Positions 1 to 7,607 of a DNA stretch of 64,000 nt are shown here, piece by piece. A program made the position numbers and the translations under genes. A model generated the notes under the pieces. It saw only the letters and a list, made by a program, of their open reading frames with translations. It did no database searches and had not been told where the DNA came from. Each line of letters starts with the position of its first letter. Position 1 is the first letter of the stretch. Source of the DNA: Methanobacteriota archaeon (GTDB lineage Archaea; Thermoplasmatota; Thermoplasmata; SG8-5; DAIRED01); assembly GCA_043799545.1 (NCBI GenBank), contig JAZDNO010000005.1, forward strand, positions 88,313-152,312. Reading direction: 5' to 3'.

Positions 1-1597
1 TCGGCAGGCCCGGCATCCGGGTTATCTCCCCGGCTATGGGTATGAGGAATCCAGCGCCTGTGGATATCTTGACCTCGCTGACGTGGACCTCGAACCCCTT
101 CGGGGCGCCCAGGAGCTTGGGGTCGTCGGAGAAGGAATATTGGGTCTTTGCAACGCACAGCGGCAAGCCCCCGCAGCCCAGCTCCTCCCAGGTCTCAATG
201 TCCTTCTTGGCTTCCGGCGAATAGACCACCCTGCCCGCATGGTATATTTTCGATGCCAGCGCGTCCATCTTATCCGCGATGCCATCGTCCAGGGGATAGG
301 CGAACCTTGGCTCCAGTTCGTTCACCGACGACATCACGGCTCGGGCCAGGTCGAGGGAGCCTTCGGAGCCCCTTGCATGGGCCTCGGTCGCGACGCATTC
401 AGCATCGAACGACCGGCACAGCTCGCTCACCAGCTTAATTTCGTTCGGCGTGTCGTTCCTGTTTACGTTTAAGGCTATCACGGGCTTCCAGCCGAACGCC
501 CGTACGTTCTCGATGTGGCGCTGGAGGTTCACGAATCCCGATTCGAGCGCTTTCAGATTCTCAGTGCCCAGGGCATTCTTGCCGACGCCCCCGTGATACT
601 TGAGTGCCTTCACTGTGGCGACAATGACGACGGCGGCAACCGGCAGACCTGACTTCCTGCAGAAGATGTCGAAGAACTTCTCCCCTCCCAGGTCGGAGCC
701 GAATCCCGCTTCGGTGACATAGTAATCAGCGAAGCTCAGGCCCAGTCTGGCGCCAATCAGGGACGACGTGCCGTGCGCGATGTTTGCGAACGGGCCCCCG
801 TGGATAATCGCCGGCGTCCCCTCAATGGTCTGGACCAGGTTCGGTTTTATGGCGTCCTTGAGCAGGACGGCCATCGCCCCAGAGGCCTTCAGATCCCGGC
901 AGAAGACTGGCTTATCGTCGGTTGTGAAACCCACGAGGGCGTTGCCGAGCATCTCCTTGAGCTCAGCAGGGTTCCTGCACAGGCAAAGTATGGCCATGAC
1001 CTCGGACGCGGCGGTGATGTCGAACTGGGTCTCGTCCACCATGCCGCCCTCCTTCCCGCCCAGGCCGACGACAATCCTGCGCAGCGAGCGGTCGTTCACG
1101 TCCATGACTCTCGGCCATTCGATTCTCCGCGAGTCCAGATTCAGCTTGTTGGAGAAATGCAGGCTGTTGTTTACCAGGGCGGAGAGCAGGTTGTGGGCCG
1201 ATGTAATCGCGTGAAGGTCCCCCGTGAAATGCAGATTGATGTCTTCCATGGGGAGCACTTGGGAATACCCGCCGCCGGCCGCGCCGCCCTTCATCCCGAA
1301 CACGGGGCCGAGGGACGGCTCTCTCAGTCCGACCACGGCATTCTTCCCCAGCTTGCAGAGCGCCATAGCCAGGCCGATGGCCATAGTTGTCTTCCCCTCC
1401 CCCGCGGGGGTGGGGCTCATGGCCGTCACGAGGATAATCTTCCCTTTCTTCCGGGAAAGGTCGATTCCATCCACGGCGACCTTGGCCTTGTCGCATCCAA
1501 AGGGCAACAGAAGTTCGGGGTCTAGACCCAACCTCCCCGCGATGGCGTGCATGGGCTCCGGGGGCCTCCCTCGCGCAATCTCGATGTCTGCGAGCAA
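1..1597 (-). CDS. fhs: Formate--tetrahydrofolate ligase; 3' end runs off the window start
   Basis: Not in the ORF track (no stop in window). Manual translation from TTG at 1597 (GGGTGA SD): MLADIEIA...TAMSPTPAGEGKTT...LREPSLGPVFGMKGGAAGGGYSQVLPMEDINLHFTGD, the Fhs signature. Confidence 0.95.
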   Translation of the reverse strand, partial: MLADIEIARGRPPEPMHAIAGRLGLDPELLLPFGCDKAKVAVDGIDLSRKKGKIILVTAMSPTPAGEGKTTMAIGLAMALCKLGKNAVVGLREPSLGPVFGMKGGAAGGGYSQVLPMEDINLHFTGDLHAITSAHNLLSALVNNSLHFSNKLNLDSRRIEWPRVMDVNDRSLRRIVVGLGGKEGGMVDETQFDITAASEVMAILCLCRNPAELKEMLGNALVGFTTDDKPVFCRDLKASGAMAVLLKDAIKPNLVQTIEGTPAIIHGGPFANIAHGTSSLIGARLGLSFADYYVTEAGFGSDLGGEKFFDIFCRKSGLPVAAVVIVATVKALKYHGGVGKNALGTENLKALESGFVNLQRHIENVRAFGWKPVIALNVNRNDTPNEIKLVSELCRSFDAECVATEAHARGSEGSLDLARAVMSSVNELEPRFAYPLDDGIADKMDALASKIYHAGRVVYSPEAKKDIETWEELGCGGLPLCVAKTQYSFSDDPKLLGAPKGFEVHVSEVKISTGAGFLIPIAGEITRMPGLP

Positions 1598-1601
1598 TGG
1601 C

Positions 1602-3272
1602 TCACCCTGCCAGGCTCGCGTCCATAGTTGCCATCACAGAGTCGCGGACGCCCGCGGCGTCTTTCTTCAGCTTGTTAACTGCCGATATCATTGCGTTCTT
1701 GTAGGTCTCGTCCTTGACCTCTTTCAAATTGATGAGCACGTTCATGAGCGCACCCTCCACCCCGGTCCAGGCCGCCAGCGCAGCCACTCCAGCATCGGAG
1801 GCCGAGTTTTTATTGCCTTTTTCTGCCACTTCCTTCGCGAGCTCAAGGGCGCGCAAGCACAGCTTCGCCGTTCCCAGCGGCACGCCTATCGCTTTTTTAT
1901 AACCATCCTGGATAGCCGCGTCCCGAGCCGAGATTTGCTCCGGCGTCTTTTTTGGCAGGCGCATCGCCTCCATCAAGGAGTTGAAGGCGCTGGTGTCGTC
2001 GTCCACGCACCTGCATAATCTGTCCTTCACAGATTGCGCCTCGCGCGATAGCTCGTCCATCCTCGCGAAGTCTTGCTCGTACCCTTTCTTGCCCACTGTG
2101 AGGTTCGCCACCATCGCGGCCAGGGCGGCCCCGAGCGCTCCAGACAGGGCGGCAACGCTGCCGCCTCCGGGCGCTGGGGAATCTGAAGAGACTTCGTCGA
2201 CGAAACGCTTCGCGGTCATGGACATGAGCGGAGCATGGGGCGAGAACTGGTATTCGATTACCTTCTTCGAAGGGTCGAACTCGGAGAGCTGGTCTAGGCC
2301 GAGCGATTTCACGGCCATGGCTATGAGCTCGTAGTCTGGAACCCCCGTCGATTTGCCCTGCCTTTTGAAATAGTATCTCCCAGCCTCCAGAAGGGGCTCG
2401 AGGGGGATGAGCCCGACCAGCTCGCTGCCCGTTACCCGCAGGCCAAGTTTGTGGGCTCCCTCGCAGGCAGCCTCGAAGACGGCGTGGGGCGGGGTCATTT
2501 TCCAATTGGTCAGGTTGATGGAAATCTGTGCCTGGCCGTACTGCTCGATGTACCATCCTACGGCCTTGACCGCTTTGAACTTCCCCGGAATTTTGACAGT
2601 GTTGCCGTCGGCGTCCTTCAGGGTCTTCCCGTCAGGACCCTTCTTGGGTCTTCCAGCCTCGCGGATGTCCAGCGCGATTTCGTGCGCCAGCTTCTTGTCC
2701 TTTGTGTTCAGGTTGACGTTGTACGCTATGAGAAAATCGCGCGCCCCGATTATAACCGCCCCGGTCTTAGGCTTGAATTCCGAGGGGCCGAAATCTGGCT
2801 TCCATTCGGATTTCTTCAGCTTCTCCAGGAGACCCTCGTACTCACCCGCTCGTACTTCAGCTAGGTTGCGGCGCTCCGGTTTTGTAGCCGCATGCTCGTA
2901 GAGATATACGGGTATCTCCAGCTCCCTGCCTACGCGTTCCCCGACCTCCCGCGCGAGCGCCACGCAGTCATCCATGGTCACCCCGGAGACTGGAATGAAC
3001 GGGCAGACGTCGGTGGCGCCCATGCGCGCGTGCGCGCCGTGGTGCTTGCCCATGTCAATGACCTCGGAGGCTTTTCTAATCGCCTGGAAGGCAGCTTCCT
3101 TGACCCCCTCGGGCGAACCGACAAAGGTCACTACTGTGCGGTTCGTATCGGCTCCGGGGTCGACGTCCAGAAGCTTCACGTCCGGCACCTCCTTGATGGC
3201 ATCGGTTATGGCTTCTATCTTCTTCAGGTCCCGCCCCTCGCTGAAGTTCGGAACGCACTCGACGATTCTCAT
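1602..3272 (-). CDS. ftcD: Bifunctional glutamate formimidoyltransferase / formimidoyl-THF cyclodeaminase
   Basis: N-terminal ECVPNFSEGR, HHGAHARMGATDVCPF, C-terminal cyclodeaminase SPAPGGGSVAAL. Confidence 0.95.
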   Translation of the reverse strand: MRIVECVPNFSEGRDLKKIEAITDAIKEVPDVKLLDVDPGADTNRTVVTFVGSPEGVKEAAFQAIRKASEVIDMGKHHGAHARMGATDVCPFIPVSGVTMDDCVALAREVGERVGRELEIPVYLYEHAATKPERRNLAEVRAGEYEGLLEKLKKSEWKPDFGPSEFKPKTGAVIIGARDFLIAYNVNLNTKDKKLAHEIALDIREAGRPKKGPDGKTLKDADGNTVKIPGKFKAVKAVGWYIEQYGQAQISINLTNWKMTPPHAVFEAACEGAHKLGLRVTGSELVGLIPLEPLLEAGRYYFKRQGKSTGVPDYELIAMAVKSLGLDQLSEFDPSKKVIEYQFSPHAPLMSMTAKRFVDEVSSDSPAPGGGSVAALSGALGAALAAMVANLTVGKKGYEQDFARMDELSREAQSVKDRLCRCVDDDTSAFNSLMEAMRLPKKTPEQISARDAAIQDGYKKAIGVPLGTAKLCLRALELAKEVAEKGNKNSASDAGVAALAAWTGVEGALMNVLINLKEVKDETYKNAMISAVNKLKKDAAGVRDSVMATMDASLAG

Positions 3273-3358
3273 GGCGACCACTGCCCCTAAATTGAACTAA
3301 TACTATAAGTGTTTGACCCGCCGCGCTCATGTTTTGGCTTTCTGGGCATGCAAAACCC

Positions 3359-3365
3359 TTATAAA
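3359..3365 (+). promoter_or_regulatory. Probable TATA box for the zinc-finger/EF-1beta operon
   Basis: TTATAAA about 32 nt upstream of ATG 3397. Confidence 0.55.
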
Positions 3366-3396
3366 CGGGCTCCGTTTCACCAACCCTGCGATTTAC

Positions 3397-3564
3397 ATGA
3401 ACGACGAAGTGGCATGCAACTCCTGTGGCATCAGGCTGATAGGAAACAAGGACACCAAGTTCAACTGTCCAGACTGCGGCGCGGTCATAATGGGCCGATG
3501 CGAGCAGTGCAGGGACCAGAGCATAGTATACAAGTGCCCCAAGTGCGGGTTTGCGGGACCGTGA
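3397..3564 (+). CDS. Small zinc-finger protein (DUF1610 / HVO_2753-like)
   Basis: Four CxxC pairs (CNSC, CPDC, CEQC, CPKCGF.GP); conserved archaeal position directly before EF-1beta. Confidence 0.85.
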   Translation: MNDEVACNSCGIRLIGNKDTKFNCPDCGAVIMGRCEQCRDQSIVYKCPKCGFAGP

Positions 3565-3568
3565 GCCA

Positions 3569-3838
3569 ATGGGCGACGTGTTGATATTCTTCCAGGCGGC
3601 GCCAGAGGGACTGGAGACTGACCTGGGCAAGATGCGCGCCGGCCTCGAAGCCGTTGCCAAAAAGCACGGCAGGCTCCCAGGTCCAATCGAGCAGAAGCCG
3701 CTGGCATTCGGCCTCGAGGCGCTGATAGTCAAGGTCATCATCCCCGACAAGGCGGGCCTCATGGACAAGCTGGAGGCGGAGCTGAGGGCGGTCGAGGGCG
3801 TCAGCAACGTAGAGACGCTGGATATGAGCCTGATTTGA
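3569..3838 (+). CDS. ef1b: Elongation factor 1-beta
   Basis: MGDV...PLAFGLEAL...LEAELRAVEGVSNVE pattern, 89 aa. Confidence 0.92.
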   Translation: MGDVLIFFQAAPEGLETDLGKMRAGLEAVAKKHGRLPGPIEQKPLAFGLEALIVKVIIPDKAGLMDKLEAELRAVEGVSNVETLDMSLI

Positions 3839-3970
3839 GGCTATTCAAAGAGTCACGTTAATTATAAAATAGGTATCCGTCAGACAAGAAATATTGGACG
3901 ATTTTGATAGCTAACTGGTTGGACGCGTCTCTCGGCGTTTGTTAATTGTTAGTTCTGTCAGATTGGCTCG

Positions 3971-4318
3971 CTATTTTGAATTCATTCTCTCAATTAAATC
4001 CGTTTTTGTATATTTAGTGGTTATATTATTATATGAACGTTTTCGTACTTCTGCAGCATGTACAAATACTGCGCGCTGAAGCAATTCGACGTAGGCACTT
4101 CTTTTCAATCGATATAGCTTTATTCTTCCTTTCCCAACAGGCCTAGATTCAACGATTATTGCAACTCGCTCTAGATATAAAAGAGAATCTCTAATGGCTG
4201 GAAGTGATCGATCCAATGCTTCAGCAATTTCACTCACGACGTAATCGAATCTAGGATGCGCCAAAAGAAAATCAAATACTTCTATATCGAGTTTGGATCG
4301 AAACATATCTTCAATCAT
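3971..4318 (-). CDS. Winged helix-turn-helix DNA-binding protein
   Basis: DFLLAHPRFDYVVSEIAEALDRSLPAIRDSLLYL...RPVGKGRIKLYRL wHTH pattern; GGAGG SD; ATG 4318 overlaps the upstream stop; AT-rich. Confidence 0.7.
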   Translation of the reverse strand: MIEDMFRSKLDIEVFDFLLAHPRFDYVVSEIAEALDRSLPAIRDSLLYLERVAIIVESRPVGKGRIKLYRLKRSAYVELLQRAVFVHAAEVRKRSYNNITTKYTKTDLIERMNSK

Positions 4319-5585
4319 GTTTCTCTCCTCCAATTAAATTGTATGTTTTGCATATAATAATACAAATTTTTCTATGCCCTGATATAATAAATGTTAGTGA
4401 TATGAGTAACGCATAATTGTTTAATTTATTATATAAAGAATCTAACTTATTTGTATTATAAAAAATAGATAAATTTCTATCGACACTTTTATAAAAATAA
4501 CAATAAAACTCATTTTCCACATCGCATTTTACAATGAAGCCCAACCTTGAAATCTTATTATTATCATTAAGTTGTAAAAGGCAAAGTAATAAGATTGCCA
4601 GTTGTAAATACTGGTGAAGATCATTTTTGTTATTTATTGCGATGGTAAGATTCGTTGATGCACTCATTCTATTGAAGACATCAAGTGCGTTCGTGTTCTT
4701 AGAGGCATCAACTTCGAAAGGGAGTATTAAGATTCCAATTGTTGAAATTCCCATTGATTTTGCAACTTCAGTTACATATGGGGCGGCACCAGAGCCAACT
4801 CCTCTGCTGAGATCTGCGAGGACGATGGTTTTGTCGGCGCCTTCTAGCACGTCATGGATCTCTTTATCACACCTGGCAGAGCACGCCTCTCCAATCTCGG
4901 GGTAGGTATCGGACTTACCAAACGTCGGGTCCATATCCTTGCAGAAACCCAGTCCCTTGGCCCGGTGGAGGTTCTCGTTGTCCATGGCGATGGTCAGGTT
5001 AGTCGAGCCCTTCATTCTTTTGAGATACTCCATGGCGGCCGCGCGCCTCGGCGCCTCGGCCGCGAACGGCAGGACGACTATGTCGAAGGTGAAAATCCCC
5101 ATGGACTTCGCCACGTCCGCAACGTAAGGCGCGGCGCCGGAGCCGACACCTCCTCCGAGGCCGGCCACGACAATGGCCATGTCCGCCCCGTTGAGGGCCT
5201 TGCGGATTTCCGCGTCGCATCTGGCCGTGCACGCCTCCCCCACCCCGGGATAGACCGCCGATTTGCCGAAGGTGCGGTCTCTGCCGACCTGCACGACTTT
5301 GCCCGATTTGGCTTTCGTCAGGCTTGCCCAATCCGAGTTGAGGTAAGTTGCGGTGATGTTTGGCAGAGCGCTGGTGATATGTTTGTCAGGTTTGTAGCCT
5401 GCGTCGCAGCAGGCGATTATTCGCAAGCCGTGGTTCCAGGTCAGCTCTCGTTTACACTCATCGCGCTCTCTGGACATCACGTCTGATTCGCAGATTATGG
5501 CTGGTGTCATCTTCTTTCCTCCACTTTCGCTAGCTCTTTGCGACGTGCTGTCGTCGTGCATCCCATCCTTCCGCCCGGCTGGCAT
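4311..5585 (-). CDS. Divergent FtsZ/tubulin-like GTPase-domain ORF with internal duplication (may be degenerate or chimeric)
   Basis: GADMAIVVAGLGGGVGSGAAPYVA matches the tubulin/FtsZ signature loop; VVLPFAAEA follows. No recognisable T7 loop or FtsZ C-terminal domain. Start codon uncertain (5585, 5510 or 5477). Confidence 0.6.
   Translation of the reverse strand: MPAGRKDGMHDDSTSQRASESGGKKMTPAIICESDVMSRERDECKRELTWNHGLRIIACCDAGYKPDKHITSALPNITATYLNSDWASLTKAKSGKVVQVGRDRTFGKSAVYPGVGEACTARCDAEIRKALNGADMAIVVAGLGGGVGSGAAPYVADVAKSMGIFTFDIVVLPFAAEAPRRAAAMEYLKRMKGSTNLTIAMDNENLHRAKGLGFCKDMDPTFGKSDTYPEIGEACSARCDKEIHDVLEGADKTIVLADLSRGVGSGAAPYVTEVAKSMGISTIGILILPFEVDASKNTNALDVFNRMSASTNLTIAINNKNDLHQYLQLAILLLCLLQLNDNNKISRLGFIVKCDVENEFYCYFYKSVDRNLSIFYNTNKLDSLYNKLNNYALLISLTFIISGHRKICIIICKTYNLIGGEKHD
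4620..5273 (-). repeat. Gapless tandem duplication, 2 x 306 nt (4968-5273 and 4620-4925), 42-nt spacer
   Basis: Hand alignment of TFGKS...DNENL with TFGKS...NNKND: 60/102 aa identical, no indels. Confidence 0.9.
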
Positions 5586-5644
5586 GGCTTACCCCGCCTG
5601 CTCGCGAGAGCCGGGCGACCGAGAGTCTAAACATCGTTGAGGTC

Positions 5645-6037
5645 TCATCTAGAGGCTATCAACTGCTTGTTCTCGGTTACACTGAGGGCTACTTCCTGTC
5701 CCGAGGACCGCGCCATGACCCTGAACCGCTCCTCTAGCCGCTTGACCTGGTCGGCCTCGAAGAAGATGTCAATCATTCGCCTGAGAGCCTTCTCCCTGCC
5801 CGAAAACCATCCGTTCTTCACGATGCTATCGAGGTAGTTTATCTCGGCCGGAGACAACTCAACGCAGATTGGCACGTCCTGACCCGGCGACGGTTCCTCC
5901 ATCGCTTGGTCCAGGGCGATTCTGACCAGCTCGGACCTCGTGAGCCCGAGCCTCTTGGCCCTCTCCGTCACGCTGTTCACGTACTCGGGAGAGAGTCGTA
6001 TGGTCATTCGCTCGTTTACTTTTTCCGCCTGATCCAT
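5645..6037 (-). CDS. Ribbon-helix-helix (CopG/CdrS-like) protein, probably two RHH units
   Basis: ERMTIRLSPEY...LGLTRSELVRIALD, then a second unit ICVELSPAEINYLDSIVKNGWFSGREKALR. Confidence 0.8.
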   Translation of the reverse strand: MDQAEKVNERMTIRLSPEYVNSVTERAKRLGLTRSELVRIALDQAMEEPSPGQDVPICVELSPAEINYLDSIVKNGWFSGREKALRRMIDIFFEADQVKRLEERFRVMARSSGQEVALSVTENKQLIASR

Positions 6038-6066
6038 TGTTCACCCTTTGCGTCGGTTATTCATCA

Positions 6067-6158
6067 TAGGACGCTGTAGGACATATATATCCTTCTTAAT
6101 ATAATATGTTTTCGCTTAAATTTATATATTTACCACTTTCAATTTTTAGGTGTAGGAC
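6067..6158. promoter_or_regulatory. TAGGAC direct repeats at the RHH promoter (candidate operator)
   Basis: TAGGAC at 6067, 6077 and 6153; the first two are 10 bp apart, between an ATATATAT box (6083-6090) and the RHH start at 6037. Confidence 0.4.
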
Positions 6159-6358
6159 AGAAATAATTACTAATATTATATAATATTTTAGAAAATTATA
6201 TATATGAATTTACAGAAGATAACTTTATATAGCGATATAATCATAATAGTCACAATGAAAAATAGGCTTGTTGTTAGAGTGCATCCCATCCTTTGTGCTG
6301 GGGCAAAGAATCCTCTCATCATGTTACTTACATTCACCATCTCCTGGGGAGGGTTATT

Positions 6359-6682
6359 ATGAAGAAAAAAGGGGCGATTTTGACCGATTTTGATTTAATG
6401 TGTGCAATTATATACCTATTATGTATGTATAACACCCCTACAAGTGAAACCGAGATTCTCATGGGATCTCCACTTTCAATAAGGCTGCGTGTAAAAAAGC
6501 TTCTGTGTCTCCATTCGCAGGGCAATATTCCAATATTTCGCAAGGAACGCCGAAATGGTGTTTGGTATTATTGGATAAATCCAGAGGTTTATTCCGCTTG
6601 TATAGATTTACTGGCAGAAGAGAACTTTATTAAATTTGAGGATGCGTGTAAAATATTACAAAGGAAGAAGCCAGTAAAATAA
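6359..6682 (+). CDS. Hypothetical protein, possible wHTH-like fold
   Basis: 107-aa AT-rich ORF with GGGAGG SD; RKERRNGVWYYWI resembles a wHTH wing. Confidence 0.5.
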   Translation: MKKKGAILTDFDLMCAIIYLLCMYNTPTSETEILMGSPLSIRLRVKKLLCLHSQGNIPIFRKERRNGVWYYWINPEVYSACIDLLAEENFIKFEDACKILQRKKPVK

Positions 6683-6710
6683 ATCTATGATTATTTAATA
6701 CACAAACCTA

Positions 6711-6880
6711 GCCCTAATTCCCCGACCTTCAGGTTGGGGATGTAGGGCGGGTAAGCATCGGCTAACCCGGAGCATCTTTTTAGCCATACAAGGGTGTACC
6801 GCTTTACCAAACACGGGAGGAAACCATGTTCGAAACCTCCGTGTTTCTCATTCCTCACGGACGGGGGTACCCCTCTCGGG
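6711..6880. mobile_element. Possible IS200/IS605-family end remnant / MITE, no transposase
   Basis: Hairpin GCCCTA-att-CCCCGACC-ttca-GGTTGGGG-atg-TAGGGC (6711-6748) resembles IS605-type subterminal palindromes; second hairpin at 6809-6846. Right boundary is approximate. Confidence 0.45.
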
Positions 6881-6934
6881 CGACCATGGCGCGTTTTTCG
6901 ATAGTTTAATTACCCCCAATGGGTTGAGCAAATC

Positions 6935-7261
6935 ATGGCCAAGAGCCACAAGTTCGACCGCATGAAGCGCCAGCGCCAAGAAATCGCCGCCTCGCGCATC
7001 GAAACCCTGATGTCCCTGGCCGACGACCGGGGAAAGTCGCACGACCTCAAGTACGCTTCAAGGTACGTCACGCTCGCAAGGTCGATAGGGATGCGCTACA
7101 ACGTGCGGCTTCGGTCTGCCGAGAAGCTGAAGGTCTGCAAGGGCTGCGGGGCATATCTGCTGCCGGGGATAACCCTGAGGGTTCGCACGGGCAGGAAAAC
7201 CTTAGTGAGGACTTGCCTCGAATGCGGCCTCGTCAGAAGGATGCCGCTGGAGAAAAGGTGA
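6935..7261 (+). CDS. rnp4: Ribonuclease P protein component 4 (Rpp21)
   Basis: IAASRIETL...ASRYVTLARSIGMRYNVR...CKGC...L.PG...RVR...CLECG. Confidence 0.93.
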   Translation: MAKSHKFDRMKRQRQEIAASRIETLMSLADDRGKSHDLKYASRYVTLARSIGMRYNVRLRSAEKLKVCKGCGAYLLPGITLRVRTGRKTLVRTCLECGLVRRMPLEKR

Positions 7262-7265
7262 AACC

Positions 7266-7514
7266 ATGGATTCGAAAACCCGCGCCATGTTCAAGGGAAA
7301 GGCTCAGTCGCTGAAGGTCACGCTCCGCGCCGGAAAGGCAGGATTGACGGAGACGCTGGCAAAGGAGCTGGACTACCAGCTAAAGGAGAACAAGCTCGTG
7401 AAAGCTAGGATACTGAAAGGCGATGTCGAGGACATAGCCCGAAAGCTCGCGGAGGCCGCGAGGGCTGAGCTGGTCGAGGTCCGCGGAAAGACCGCGGTTT
7501 TCTGGAGAAAGTAG
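7266..7514 (+). CDS. yhbY: YhbY/CRM RNA-binding protein
   Basis: LRAGKAGLT...QLKENKLVKARIL...VEVRGKTAVFWR; typical neighbour of rnp4. Confidence 0.88.
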   Translation: MDSKTRAMFKGKAQSLKVTLRAGKAGLTETLAKELDYQLKENKLVKARILKGDVEDIARKLAEAARAELVEVRGKTAVFWRK

Positions 7515-7607
7515 CCCTCGATTGCGCAAAGGTTAAGTCCGCGGTCGCGCATACGAGCGCCGGGATTGCACTCGCTTAGAAGCGGCGCTTTCATTCGGGG
7601 GTAGCTG

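Noticed and set aside
4620-5273. Diversity-generating retroelement template/variable repeat pair
   Set aside because: Differences are spread over all bases and concentrated at synonymous positions, not adenine-specific; no reverse transcriptase in the window.
6172-6187. 16-bp perfect palindrome AATATTATATAATATT
   Set aside because: All A/T within an extremely AT-rich spacer, so it is plausible by chance.
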